Origin: a virus
Taxonomy: Duplodnaviria > Caudoviricetes
Reading direction: 5' to 3' (one strand)
Length of the DNA: 32,536 bases
IMG/VR virus record: IMGVR_UViG_3300025508_000088
Location: 1 to 32,536 of that record
Of this stretch, positions 1 to 9,362 are shown piece by piece; the first letter of the stretch is position 1; each line of letters starts with the position of its first letter. The notes beneath the pieces are model-generated. The model worked only from the letters and a program-made list of their open reading frames with translations, ran no database searches and was not told where the DNA came from. A program made the translations under genes and the position numbers.

Positions 1-2336
1 CCAATACCAACATTGCCGTCCACTAAAGTCATCACATCGGCATTAGCGCCGGCAGTTTTAATCCTAAACCGTATTTCTCCATCGTTGGAATCATGGTAGA
101 ACATATTAATACCAGCAAAGAAGTTGTTGCTGTTATCTAAAGCATAAATTCTTCCGAGATAATCACCTGCTGACGGCGAAGCAGTTGAATTGCTAAAAGC
201 TAAATCAGCGCCATTACTGTCTTTTAAACTCAACAAATAAGCTGGCGAACTAGTACCAATACCAAGACGGCCACCACTGTCTATGCTCATGGCTTCTGCG
301 TTGTTGACACGGAAGTCCATAGAATCTGTACTATGGCTATACCTAATTCTGCCTCTTAGTGGGTCGCCACCAGTTGTCCCATCGGCAAAGATTATCGCAC
401 CCTCGCTAGATGTTCCGCTTACTATTGAAATTCCAGTGTCGGCAGAAGTTAAAACAACAAGGTCATCAGCTTTTGAGTTGTAAGAAGTAGGACTACTAGT
501 ACCAATACCCAAAGACTCAGCAGAAGCATCCCAGAAGAACTTTGGAGTCGTGCCAGTGTCTTCGTAGAAGGAGATGTCGCCGTTGGTAGCAACTTTCATT
601 GCATTACCTGAGCCAACTTTCATAGTAATGGGGTATGAATTAGCGAAAGACTCACCAGTGCTGAGAATTAAACCGTCAGTAGTCCTATCATCGTGATTCC
701 AATAAAGACCAGAACCAGCACCCAAAACAATGTTGTTTGTTACTCCAGCTCCAGTCGCTGATAAATTTAGTTCAGCGTTAATGGATGTTGTTACAGTCAG
801 CCCATCCATTGTGGCTGTGCCAGTAACGTCTATGCCTGTGGCGGTTGTGGCGAGTTTAGGAGTTGCCCCACCGTCATAAAAAAGTTTAACAGCGCCATCA
901 GAATTAGCATGAATCATTGCCTCTGACCCATCAGGTTTGCGAACCCTAAAGTCGTTGGCATCAATTTGTAAATTACCTGTGCCGTTATCTACGATATAAC
1001 TACTAGTGCCATCATGGTAAATCTCAAGATCGTTAGAGTTACCAAACGTAGCCTTGTCATTATCACCAAGAGACAAACCATCAGCCGTGACTATGCCTGT
1101 GAAGGTTGGGGAGTTAGGACTAATAGCAGTGTCTTGCCAAGCAGAGCCGTTGTAGACACGCATGACATCAGACGTAGTGTTGAAATACAGCGCACCAGTT
1201 AATAAAGCATTGCCGTCATTGTCTAGTGTAGGGTCTGAGGCTTTATCGCCTAAGTAGCGGTCATCAAACTGGTCGTAGCTTGAGGCAGCAGCGTTGGCAG
1301 AGTTAAGCGCATTCGTCTCTGAGGTAGAAGCATTAGAAGCTGATGTCGCTGCATTAGACTCAGAGGTTGACGCAGCGGCAGCAGAGGCAGCAGCAGATGT
1401 AGCAGAACCCAAGATTGAGTCTGTGTAGGCTTTAGTCGTAGCGTCTGCTGCGTCTGTAGGAGTGCCAAGACCTGTAATCTTGTTAGTACCCATTGCAATA
1501 GCACCGGACATCGTACCACCCGAAAGTGGAAGTCCTGTGCTGTCTGCTGCATCAACGTAGGCTTTAGTTGCTACGTCTTGCGCGAGGGTAGGATCAGCAA
1601 CACTAACAATCTTATTAGCACCTAACGACAGCTGACCTGTCATTGTGCCGCCCGCTAACGGTAGCTTTCCCGCGAGGGAGTTAGTGACTGTAGTGTGGAA
1701 AGACGCATCATCGTTCAATGCAGCAGCTAGCTCGTTTAGAGTGTCTAGTGCAGCAGGTGCGCCGTCAATGACAGCCGCGATAGATGTATCTACATAAGTC
1801 TTAGTAGCAGCGTCAGAACCTGCAATAGGCTCAGCTACGTCTGTAAGGCGTGTGTTTGTAAAATCTACAGTGCCGTTAACGACTAGGTTGTTAACCGTAG
1901 ATGTACCTGTAGAAGCCGTGACATTGCCTGTCAGGTCGCCTGTGACGTTGCCAGTGACGTTGCCAGTGACGTTTCCTGTTAAGTTACCTACTACATTGCC
2001 TGTTAGACCGCCTACAAAGCCCGTGGTCGCTGTTACTGTAGAACCCCTTACTGTTGATGGGGTAGTCGCACCAATGGGCGTAGAGTTGATTGAGCCGCCT
2101 GTAATAACTGCGTTATTAGACGCGAATGTACCGTTAGCTGTTAATGTGCCAGTAACCGTAGCTGTAGCAGTGGTAACAGTAGACGGATTAGTACCCAGTT
2201 CTACAATCTGTGTAGACGCATTCTCTGTGAATAGTCTTTTATCCGTGACGTTGACAGCGAGTTCGCCTTGAACCAAGTCACTTGTAGTTGGTACGGCTGA
2301 AGCAGTTGAGCTGTTCTTGGTTACTATCGTTGCCAT
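1..2336 (-). CDS. Long tail fibre / receptor-binding protein, 3' end runs off the window (not in ORF track)
   Basis: ATG at 2336 after an AGGA RBS; the frame stays open to the window edge. It begins MATIVTKNSSTASAVPTTSDLVQGELAVNVTDKRLF and contains GNVT repeats, DAATKTYVD, DTLNELAAALNDD, LPLAGGTMTG/LPLSGGTMSG, an Ala/Ser-rich coil, GALYFNTT and GIGTSSP modules, all typical of marine phage fibres. Confidence 0.9.
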   Translation of the reverse strand, partial: MATIVTKNSSTASAVPTTSDLVQGELAVNVTDKRLFTENASTQIVELGTNPSTVTTATATVTGTLTANGTFASNNAVITGGSINSTPIGATTPSTVRGSTVTATTGFVGGLTGNVVGNLTGNVTGNVTGNVTGDLTGNVTASTGTSTVNNLVVNGTVDFTNTRLTDVAEPIAGSDAATKTYVDTSIAAVIDGAPAALDTLNELAAALNDDASFHTTVTNSLAGKLPLAGGTMTGQLSLGANKIVSVADPTLAQDVATKAYVDAADSTGLPLSGGTMSGAIAMGTNKITGLGTPTDAADATTKAYTDSILGSATSAAASAAAASTSESNAATSASNASTSETNALNSANAAASSYDQFDDRYLGDKASDPTLDNDGNALLTGALYFNTTSDVMRVYNGSAWQDTAISPNSPTFTGIVTADGLSLGDNDKATFGNSNDLEIYHDGTSSYIVDNGTGNLQIDANDFRVRKPDGSEAMIHANSDGAVKLFYDGGATPKLATTATGIDVTGTATMDGLTVTTSINAELNLSATGAGVTNNIVLGAGSGLYWNHDDRTTDGLILSTGESFANSYPITMKVGSGNAMKVATNGDISFYEDTGTTPKFFWDASAESLGIGTSSPTSYNSKADDLVVLTSADTGISIVSGTSSEGAIIFADGTTGGDPLRGRIRYSHSTDSMDFRVNNAEAMSIDSGGRLGIGTSSPAYLLSLKDSNGADLAFSNSTASPSAGDYLGRIYALDNSNNFFAGINMFYHDSNDGEIRFRIKTAGANADVMTLVDGNVGI

Positions 2337-2351
2337 GTTAAATTCCTGTAG

Positions 2352-2636
2352 TTACCACTTGGTTTTATGCGACCAGTATCTTGCAGATAGTTTTGAAGGG
2401 CTTGAGTCTTGAGCGTTATGCCTAGCGTAGTATGATTTCTTTCGCGCTTTGTCTTTGGCAGTCTTGGGATTGCTCCCTGCGCCCGTCACACCCTGCTGTC
2501 CAAATCGGACAGTCTTTACTTGATCACCAACTTTAGCCAATACAACATGGCTTTTGGTGGGATGATTAGGAGTCTTTTTGGGTTTGTTATACCCACTTAA
2601 TCCGAGCCTGGTTAATTTCGGGTCTTTATTACGCAT
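2352..2636 (-). CDS. Small basic conserved viral protein (DUF5754-like)
   Basis: 94 aa, Lys-rich, with VRFGQQG...RKKSYYARH...SARYWS...W pattern; lies between capsid and tail fibre genes. Confidence 0.7.
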   Translation of the reverse strand: MRNKDPKLTRLGLSGYNKPKKTPNHPTKSHVVLAKVGDQVKTVRFGQQGVTGAGSNPKTAKDKARKKSYYARHNAQDSSPSKLSARYWSHKTKW

Positions 2637-2643
2637 AAGATAA

Positions 2644-2665
2644 GGGGGCAGGTTTCCCTACCCCC
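2644..2665 (-). terminator. GC-rich stem-loop after the major capsid gene (terminator or attenuator)
   Basis: Minus strand reads GGGGGTAGG-GAAA-CCTGCCCCC followed by TTATCTT, just after the capsid stop codon. Confidence 0.6.
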
Positions 2666-2672
2666 ATCTCCA

Positions 2673-3626
2673 TTAGCCGTTAACAGCCATGATGAAACCG
2701 CTGTCAGGACGGTAAGTCTTGACACCGTACAGAGTATCAGCAGTATACAGTGTTCCGAGGAACTCCTGCTTGTACTGAGTCTGTGAACGTACTGACATCT
2801 GCTCTGCCAAGATCATAGTGTCTTGGTGGATGAGCATTGCTGCCTTGATTTCACCACCCGCTGAGTTGTTCGCAGCAGTTTCAGTGACAGGGCAGTTAGA
2901 AGTAACGTATACGTCAACACCGTATAGGCTACCGATCTTACCGTTCTGTACAGTCTGACCACCAACGAAGTCAGAAGATACATAACGCTCAACGCCCATG
3001 ATTGCGTTACGCAGTGAAGGAGGAATAACAAACGCACGGTTGTCCATAGGGACATCGGCGTCATCCTGCTTCTGAATCAAAGCGCGGAAACAAGCATCAG
3101 TAAATACATCAGCAGTAGTAACCGTGTCATCAGCGTAGGCAGTCAGGCCAGTTGATGCGTCACAGTAGAACGCAGCAGAGTTAGTCCAAGCAGAACCATC
3201 GCCATCACCTAGTGACTTACCAAGCGTGAAGAGGTCTGTGTCTACCTGACGCGACAGAGCATAACCCGCATCAGATGTGTAGAAATTACGGAGTGAAGCA
3301 AGCGCTTGAGTCTCTGTAATATCTTCGATGATGCGTGAGTACTCGTAGTGCTTGTCAATTGCAACTTGCACTTCGCTCTCTGTGTTGCTTTGGATTGTGA
3401 CAGCAGTTGCTGACGCTTTCGCGTACGCATCGCCACGGATAGGAGCAGGAATATGGATGATGTCACCCTTCTTGCCTGTCATACCCATTTTCTTGACTAG
3501 GTTCGCGAGGATGAGGTTCTTCTCATACGCCGCACGAATCTCGTCACTCCAAATTTCAGGAATAAATGTAGCAGCAGTAGTGTTAGTTACTGCGCCGCCC
3601 ATATTAGGATAAGTAGAAGTAGCCAT
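2673..3626 (-). CDS. Major capsid protein (HK97 fold, podovirus type)
   Basis: 317 aa; FIPEIWS N-terminal motif, AGYALSRQVD, GKIGSLYGVDVY, ADTLYGVK; follows the scaffold gene. Confidence 0.9.
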   Translation of the reverse strand: MATSTYPNMGGAVTNTTAATFIPEIWSDEIRAAYEKNLILANLVKKMGMTGKKGDIIHIPAPIRGDAYAKASATAVTIQSNTESEVQVAIDKHYEYSRIIEDITETQALASLRNFYTSDAGYALSRQVDTDLFTLGKSLGDGDGSAWTNSAAFYCDASTGLTAYADDTVTTADVFTDACFRALIQKQDDADVPMDNRAFVIPPSLRNAIMGVERYVSSDFVGGQTVQNGKIGSLYGVDVYVTSNCPVTETAANNSAGGEIKAAMLIHQDTMILAEQMSVRSQTQYKQEFLGTLYTADTLYGVKTYRPDSGFIMAVNG

Positions 3627-3642
3627 AATAATCTCTCAAAGG

Positions 3643-4404
3643 TTAGCTTTTTACGCGACCTTCCTGATACGCCCTCATGATCTCATCAGACATCGATTGA
3701 TAGCGTTGCGGGTTGGTTCGCATTAGTTCAATAATGTCGCTTCGTCTATAGATCTTTCTGCTTGGTGCTTCTGAACTTCCATTAGCACCGCCCGTTGAAG
3801 CTGCATTCAAAGTTTGTTTACGCTCTTTGCGCTCAACATCTACCGTCTGCTTCGCGATATCTTGAGTTGATTTCCAAGAAGAAAACAATTCATCTGCCGC
3901 GTCATAGTCGTATTTGTTGTTTGCTCGTTCGTATAACTCTGAACGGATCTTGCTGCCGACTACCCACTTCTGAAAGTTGGCGTCCATAGCAATCTCTTTA
4001 ATGTCAGGATGCTTCTGCTGTAAAGCAGAAAGAGTCTGACTTTGTCGCATCTGATTGCCTAATTGCTCCAACTGTTTAATGGTTGGATGGTTTGCAATTT
4101 TGCTGTCAACTGCTTTATCGGGTTCAGCAAAGAAATCTATCTCTTCAGCCTGTTCCGGTTCGTTGACTTTGCTCTGATTAAGAATGAAATCATCTACAAC
4201 TTTTCTTAGCTGACCTACTTCCTGACCTTGCTGACCGATGCGGGACTCTGCCTCTTGGTGCATCTTAATCAACTCAGCAGGAGTTTTTCCCCTGTAATGC
4301 TCGGGGGTGTCATCTACGGCTACCTCTTCAGTATTTTCCGAGACCGCTTCCTGTTGTACTTCTTCATCTACCTCGTTCGTCACTTCGTCAATAAGTTGTG
4401 CCAC
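3643..4404 (-). CDS. Capsid scaffolding protein
   Basis: Acidic N-terminus, PEHYRGKT...HQEAESRIGQQGQEVGQLRK, C-terminal EIMRAYQEGRVK; lies directly upstream of capsid; AGGAG RBS. Confidence 0.8.
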   Translation of the reverse strand: MAQLIDEVTNEVDEEVQQEAVSENTEEVAVDDTPEHYRGKTPAELIKMHQEAESRIGQQGQEVGQLRKVVDDFILNQSKVNEPEQAEEIDFFAEPDKAVDSKIANHPTIKQLEQLGNQMRQSQTLSALQQKHPDIKEIAMDANFQKWVVGSKIRSELYERANNKYDYDAADELFSSWKSTQDIAKQTVDVERKERKQTLNAASTGGANGSSEAPSRKIYRRSDIIELMRTNPQRYQSMSDEIMRAYQEGRVKS

Positions 4405-4456
4405 TATTAAACTCCTATGGAGACAAGACCAATTCTAAAAGCTACCCCGAAGGACT

Positions 4457-4702
4457 TTACGACTCGGCTACCTTGCGTTCGTGTTTAATCTTCGCCTGTC
4501 TATCTTTAGCCCATTTCATAGTAGCTCCCGGATAAGAACCGGAGATGGGGTCGAGTACCGACTTAACAGGTGAGATCATCTTACTACTAGCACCGCCACA
4601 CTCAGGACAGTCACGCGTATAACCTTCAACCACCTTATCGCGGTTAACCATTGCCTCATGGACATGGCCTTCTGCGCATTGGAAATCAAAGATTATCAAC
4701 AT
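4457..4702 (-). CDS. FmdB-like zinc-ribbon protein
   Basis: FDFQCAEGH...CPECGG motif pair. Confidence 0.7.
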   Translation of the reverse strand: MLIIFDFQCAEGHVHEAMVNRDKVVEGYTRDCPECGGASSKMISPVKSVLDPISGSYPGATMKWAKDRQAKIKHERKVAES

Positions 4703-4928
4703 CACTGCTACCCTCTCGTAAGCGATCCACTGTAGATTCTAAGTTAAGTATGTAGGCCAAAATGTTTAACTGGCCTTTACGAAAGTTAAGATCATTCTCA
4801 TCTTTCGTATACTCAACGCAATTAATGTGAGTAGCGTTAGTGGTTAGCTCCTCAACTAAATCTTTCCACCCTCGCGTTAAAAACATATCCGCGAGGTTGT
4901 CGTAATATTGTTCTGTTTCTTTATCCAT
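4686..4928 (-). CDS. Conserved head-module hypothetical protein
   Basis: 80 aa; MFLTRGWKDLVEE...FRKGQL; lies between portal and scaffold and overlaps both neighbours. Confidence 0.7.
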   Translation of the reverse strand: MDKETEQYYDNLADMFLTRGWKDLVEELTTNATHINCVEYTKDENDLNFRKGQLNILAYILNLESTVDRLREGSSDVDNL

Positions 4929-5070
4929 TCTTCTTAGCCTTAACCTTAGCTTGTAGCTCGTGCAGAAGAATAGCGTGTTGCTTTTCTACGGACTCTAGAC
5001 GCTTGTTTAGTCTATCTAGCACAGCGTTTATCTGTGTTACTACGTCCTCTAGCTCTCGTTTGGTGATCAT
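4921..5070 (-). CDS. Small coiled-coil hypothetical protein, 49 aa (not in ORF track)
   Basis: MITKRELEDVVTQINAVLDRLNKRLESVEKQHAILLHELQAKVKAKKNG; ATGA overlap with the portal stop; fills the gap exactly. Confidence 0.65.
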   Translation of the reverse strand: MITKRELEDVVTQINAVLDRLNKRLESVEKQHAILLHELQAKVKAKKNG

Positions 5071-7007
5071 TGCGGCATGGCCTTTACGGTATCAAGGTTC
5101 AGTTTTTTCTCTTTAAGCTGCGCATCAGCGATTTTAAGTCTGCGTTCAAACTCTTTATCATCTGCCGTGCCAACCTGAAGGTTAGACGTTACCGCTTTGA
5201 TCTGATCAATCTCTAGCTCTACAGGTATTGCCTTCGTCTCTGCTGCGATCTTCTGCGCTCTGGCTTCTGACTCAGCAGCCTGTCCGTTCAGTGCGTTAGT
5301 CTGCGACTGTTGGAACGCCATCTGTGCTTGCATGCTTGCTTGTTGTGCTTGCTGAGCTTCAGGCGAAGGCTGACCTGCTTGCTGTAGAGTTTGTATTAGC
5401 TGCTCTCGGTTACTGAGGTTCATGTTGTCTATAATTGATTGAATCAACGCAGGATATAGCGGAGATTCAGGAGACATAGTCTGCAAAAGCTGAACCAACT
5501 GTGTAACCTCATACTCTCTCGCAATGATGCCAAGAGATGAAGTAACTTCAAACTTATAATCTGCTACCGGATATAGTTCGGGCTCAAACTGCATGTATCT
5601 GTGCGCAGCTTTAGTCACAAACGGTATTAAAAAAGACTCTTGGAAGTTAATTAACGTGCGTTTATGGCGCTTAATCACCGCACCAAGGGACATTGAAATG
5701 CCCGCTGCGGTAGCCTCGCCGTTAATTGACCCACCAACACCAACAGAGTCTATTGCGCCTGTGGCAGTCTGCACCATTCGCTGCAACTCACCTGCTTGCG
5801 CGAAGGTAATCTGATTGACTTGCCCAAAGTTAAACGGCTGTAGAATTTCCGCAGGATTACCGTTAGTAAGAATGATTTTCCCCGGTCTTACTTCAGGCTT
5901 TGCCCCGCGAGGTAAACGAGTTGCGTCCATTGCCATCATTGGGTGGACTGTTAAAGCCAGTGCATCGATCCTAGCCCGTAATTCTGCGTCTAATGCCTTC
6001 TGTGAGTTGTAACCCTTCTCACATACACCACGACCCCAGAACCGCGAAGGTACGATGTCCCAAGGAAACGCCACAACTGGGCGATCTTGCATCATGTACG
6101 GGTTCTTCTCCGCTTTCAGCAGAGTACCACCGTTAGCTATTACAACAATCGCCTCAACATAGAAGTCTGTGTCTTCTTCGGCGTCTGTTAGCTGTTCAAC
6201 CTCTTCGTACTCTTCGTTATTCTCAAGTAAATAGCGTGGAACAAGTCCGTAATACTTGGTCAAACGAGTCTTATCGGTAGGCTGCGTGGTAAGTTCGTGG
6301 TCTGGATCTAGGTCTGTGTCAGGATACGCGAAGTTAAATGGTACATTCTTGTATACACCCTTCTCTTGTAGTTGTTCTATGGCGTGTGGTGAGACAAATT
6401 CATCAATCACTACACCCAAAGCGCTGTCTACGTCCACAGCAACGGGGTCAATCAAGAAGTTTTGAGGTAAAACAGGTCGTAGTTTCACGACTGTGCGGTC
6501 TGAGATGTTAACACCCACTGCTTGTAGCTGACCGTCCATAATTGGCTCGGTTGCAGGCTTCATCTCTTTGATTTCTTCTAGCACAATCTCTGCTATGCCT
6601 GTGCCAAAGACGGCTGCGTTGATCAAACACTCAGCCACGCCCTTGCGTATCTTGTTCGCTTTAAAGTCTTCCAATAGCTTTTCGCGAAGGTAGACTACGT
6701 CTTGCGTCTCTTGGTCAGAGATATCGTCCTTCATGTCAAAGAAACGACCACGACCAAACGTAGCTTCTTCAATCTCTGCGACTGAGGACTCTACGGCTTG
6801 TTGTAAGGCAGGGGATATGATCTGTGATCGTTCGGAATCTCGGTTACGGTCTTCGCTAGAGTAAATACCACGCCACAGACGGTAGTATTCGTCAAACTTC
6901 TGCTCGTAGTTAGTCTCGTAATGGTCTCGCCAATCGCGACATTTCTCCATTACCCACGACTCAAGAGTCTCTTCTATGCCAAACTTGTCTTCGTTGGATT
7001 CGAGCAT
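5067..7007 (-). CDS. Portal protein
   Basis: 646 aa directly after terL; FWGRGVCE motif, VFGTGI, and a Gln-rich helical C-terminus as in P22-like barrel portals. Confidence 0.9.
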   Translation of the reverse strand: MLESNEDKFGIEETLESWVMEKCRDWRDHYETNYEQKFDEYYRLWRGIYSSEDRNRDSERSQIISPALQQAVESSVAEIEEATFGRGRFFDMKDDISDQETQDVVYLREKLLEDFKANKIRKGVAECLINAAVFGTGIAEIVLEEIKEMKPATEPIMDGQLQAVGVNISDRTVVKLRPVLPQNFLIDPVAVDVDSALGVVIDEFVSPHAIEQLQEKGVYKNVPFNFAYPDTDLDPDHELTTQPTDKTRLTKYYGLVPRYLLENNEEYEEVEQLTDAEEDTDFYVEAIVVIANGGTLLKAEKNPYMMQDRPVVAFPWDIVPSRFWGRGVCEKGYNSQKALDAELRARIDALALTVHPMMAMDATRLPRGAKPEVRPGKIILTNGNPAEILQPFNFGQVNQITFAQAGELQRMVQTATGAIDSVGVGGSINGEATAAGISMSLGAVIKRHKRTLINFQESFLIPFVTKAAHRYMQFEPELYPVADYKFEVTSSLGIIAREYEVTQLVQLLQTMSPESPLYPALIQSIIDNMNLSNREQLIQTLQQAGQPSPEAQQAQQASMQAQMAFQQSQTNALNGQAAESEARAQKIAAETKAIPVELEIDQIKAVTSNLQVGTADDKEFERRLKIADAQLKEKKLNLDTVKAMPQ

Positions 7008-7008
7008 C

Positions 7009-8259
7009 TTAATATCCTGATACTGAGTCTAGAACTTCAAACTCATCTACTTCAAAATCGTATGAGTAAGACACCTTGGCTAGTTGATCTATATAAGCCA
7101 AAGCGTCTACCATGTCATCGTGGGTTAAAGAATCTGGGAATTGGAAGATTTCATCCATGAATTGGATGTTCCACTCTCCCTTATTGAGGTTGCAGATTCC
7201 GTTCTCGAATCTACCTTGCAACGCCCACATAACCCTGTCGGTTTTCTTTTTGTTGCCGTGAGTTAGCTCCTCAACGCGAAAGAAGTTCTGATACTTCTTC
7301 ATCAGGTCGGTAAGCGGCGACATAACAGCCTGTCGGGCAATGCCCTTCTCTATACCGACTGAGATTGGTTGGTAGTCTCTAACTATTTGAAATATCTTTT
7401 CGGCAGTAGCATTTAGCTCCCACCTACCACACACGATATCTTTTACCCACCAACCATACTCGCCTACCTTTACAATGGCAATAGCGGTATTGTCAAGCTT
7501 TTTATTTTTAGATTTGGCTTTGCCGACCTCTTCGAAGCCCGCGAGGTCAATTGCAACGTAGTAATCGCCAGTATCTGGCTCTTCGTCATCGAACCGAACC
7601 CACTCTTCTTTAAACATCTCAGAGCCGCGCGCCTCGAAAGACGCCATAAACTCTTGGCGAAACGCGAAGGAAGACATGGATTTCTTGGCTGCATCTATCT
7701 CTTCTTTGTCTAGTAAGTCGTTATCGTAGCTTGTGTAGTGCCATGCTTTATAAGTGGGATCTTCGCCTAAACTGGCTTGTTTGTAGAGTTCATAAAAATG
7801 ATTTCTACCCATTGGTGTCCCGATAAATAAGGCATCGCCCTTCAAGTCTGTGAGCGCAGGTCGTAAGATTAATTCCCATACATCGGGCTTCATGTCTGCG
7901 TATTCGTCCAAGACTAGAAACTTGAGACTTACGCCGCGCATTGTCTCAGGTCTATCAGCGCCTTTCAAGCTAATAGTTGTGCCGTTGATTAGTCGAACCT
8001 GCATGTTGTTTACATGGGAGTTTTCTATGACGGGTTGGCCTATCTCCAAGAGGAGATTCCACATAATGTCTCGTGCTTGGCCTTGTGTGGGGGCTACATA
8101 GAACACCTGCCCTTTATCTGACCTCAGAGCGTTGACGATCAAAAGATAAGCCGCAAGACGAGATTTTCCCGTCCTGCGACCCGCAGCAACTACTTTGAAA
8201 CGCGTAGGGTCGTTCCAAACTTCTTTCTGCCACTCAAGGAGACTAATGTCTAGGTTCAT
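7009..8259 (-). CDS. terL: Terminase large subunit
   Basis: Walker A AGRRTGKS, YVAPT, Walker B FLVLDE, IGTPMG coupling motif, nuclease motifs AIDLAG and HDDMVDA. Confidence 0.95.
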   Translation of the reverse strand: MNLDISLLEWQKEVWNDPTRFKVVAAGRRTGKSRLAAYLLIVNALRSDKGQVFYVAPTQGQARDIMWNLLLEIGQPVIENSHVNNMQVRLINGTTISLKGADRPETMRGVSLKFLVLDEYADMKPDVWELILRPALTDLKGDALFIGTPMGRNHFYELYKQASLGEDPTYKAWHYTSYDNDLLDKEEIDAAKKSMSSFAFRQEFMASFEARGSEMFKEEWVRFDDEEPDTGDYYVAIDLAGFEEVGKAKSKNKKLDNTAIAIVKVGEYGWWVKDIVCGRWELNATAEKIFQIVRDYQPISVGIEKGIARQAVMSPLTDLMKKYQNFFRVEELTHGNKKKTDRVMWALQGRFENGICNLNKGEWNIQFMDEIFQFPDSLTHDDMVDALAYIDQLAKVSYSYDFEVDEFEVLDSVSGY

Positions 8260-8330
8260 TTTTTCTTCTTTTTGTTTTTCTTGTTTGTTGCAACACGCTG
8301 ACCCTTAACGGGTAATGGTCTAGTTTTCAT
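8256..8330 (-). CDS. 24-aa Lys-rich peptide (not in ORF track)
   Basis: MKTRPLPVKGQRVATNKKNKKKKK; AGGA RBS; its TGA overlaps the terL ATG (ATGA). Confidence 0.55.
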   Translation of the reverse strand: MKTRPLPVKGQRVATNKKNKKKKK

Positions 8331-8340
8331 GGTATTTCCT

Positions 8341-8883
8341 CTAAAATAAAGAACTGATGAATGTTTTTGCTTCTTTCGCTTTGTTTTGCATTTGTCGCAT
8401 ATCCCACATCCGCGCTTTCTTTGGCGCTTCTTTTTCGCTACCTGCCCAGTGGTATTTAATCCATGCGTCTTTCTGTGGGATTTTACCTCTAGCTATGTCA
8501 CTAAACGGGACTTTAGGGGCTACGCTCATGTTAACCAAAAACAGCGCGTCTTGCACAGGCTCGCTTAAAACCGCGAAGTTAGGGCTCGGTTTAGATAACT
8601 CTTCCCGCTCGTTTGGCGGGATGTCTAGAGTTCCATTAGCCTTTTCCCATTGCGCGAGGCGGTTAGCTGCTGTCCTAGCTGCGTTGCTGCCTTTGTCGTT
8701 TTCGAACTGGTACTTGCCTCTACCCGCAGAATCTTCGCTGTCATTCTGGTATCTATCAGGGATGTTGTTGCTTTCTATCTCCCCGACGTTGTTCATAAAG
8801 CTTTTGAGGTTGCTAAGGTCTTGGTTGTTTAGCTTTCTCTTCTTTGCCTCTATTCCGAGGACTTGGCTCAATGGGTCACTCAT
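8341..8883 (-). CDS. Lysozyme / lytic-transglycosylase-like protein
   Basis: Helix ending GEIESNN (candidate catalytic Glu-Ser) followed by AGRGKYQF, a lysozyme-superfamily signature; GGAGAGG RBS. Confidence 0.55.
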   Translation of the reverse strand: MSDPLSQVLGIEAKKRKLNNQDLSNLKSFMNNVGEIESNNIPDRYQNDSEDSAGRGKYQFENDKGSNAARTAANRLAQWEKANGTLDIPPNEREELSKPSPNFAVLSEPVQDALFLVNMSVAPKVPFSDIARGKIPQKDAWIKYHWAGSEKEAPKKARMWDMRQMQNKAKEAKTFISSLF

Positions 8884-9247
8884 AATCGATAACCTCTCCG
8901 TCTATTGCTTCAGGCTGTACGATAGTATCAGTGACACCTGAGATAGTGATATTGACCGTAGGCTTGCCGCCTAGCTTGTCTTTGTCAAACGAGCTAATAG
9001 GCAAGATGCGATCTACGATAAGCTTCCACGCAGCAGATTGATTCTTGTGGTCATCATCTTGAGCGGCTCGGAAGATAGACTCTATCACAGCATTGGTATC
9101 CCTTCTCGCGAGGAATCGCTGCTTCATCTCTGCCATAGCCGAATGGTCGCCCTTGGGTCTACCCACAGGGCGGTTCTTCGGTTTCTCTATCTCCGACTTA
9201 CGGGGACGACCACGCTTTCTCTTTACTGGTACATTGTCTTCAGCCAC
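8876..9247 (-). CDS. terS: Terminase small subunit (putative)
   Basis: First late gene upstream of terL; KRGRPRK and GRPKG motifs, AAWKLIVDRILP, C-terminal VNITISG strand. Confidence 0.7.
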   Translation of the reverse strand: MAEDNVPVKRKRGRPRKSEIEKPKNRPVGRPKGDHSAMAEMKQRFLARRDTNAVIESIFRAAQDDDHKNQSAAWKLIVDRILPISSFDKDKLGGKPTVNITISGVTDTIVQPEAIDGEVIDYE

Positions 9248-9310
9248 AACATAGAAGCTCTTTTAAGATTAATATTTGGCGTATTAAACCATTAATTGGT
9301 CAATTTCGCC

Positions 9311-9362
9311 AACCCCTGTGTTCATGCGGGTTTGAGGGGTGGTTTTTTTGCTTCTTTTTTTT
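9311..9362 (+). terminator. Hairpin plus long T-tract at the late-side edge of the control region
   Basis: ACCCCT...AGGGGT arms followed by GGTTTTTTTGCTTCTTTTTTTT. Confidence 0.4.

Noticed and set aside
283-2271. ORF-track entries at 283, 1014, 1250 and 1852
   Set aside because: Antisense or alternate-frame shadows of the long minus-strand tail fibre frame; no RBS or recognisable motifs.
1-2336. Diversity-generating retroelement targeting the fibre
   Set aside because: No reverse transcriptase and no adenine-variant TR/VR repeat pair is visible in the window.
8357-8941. 194-aa plus-strand ORF
   Set aside because: Antisense to the lysozyme-like gene, which has an RBS, fits the operon and carries a recognisable motif.
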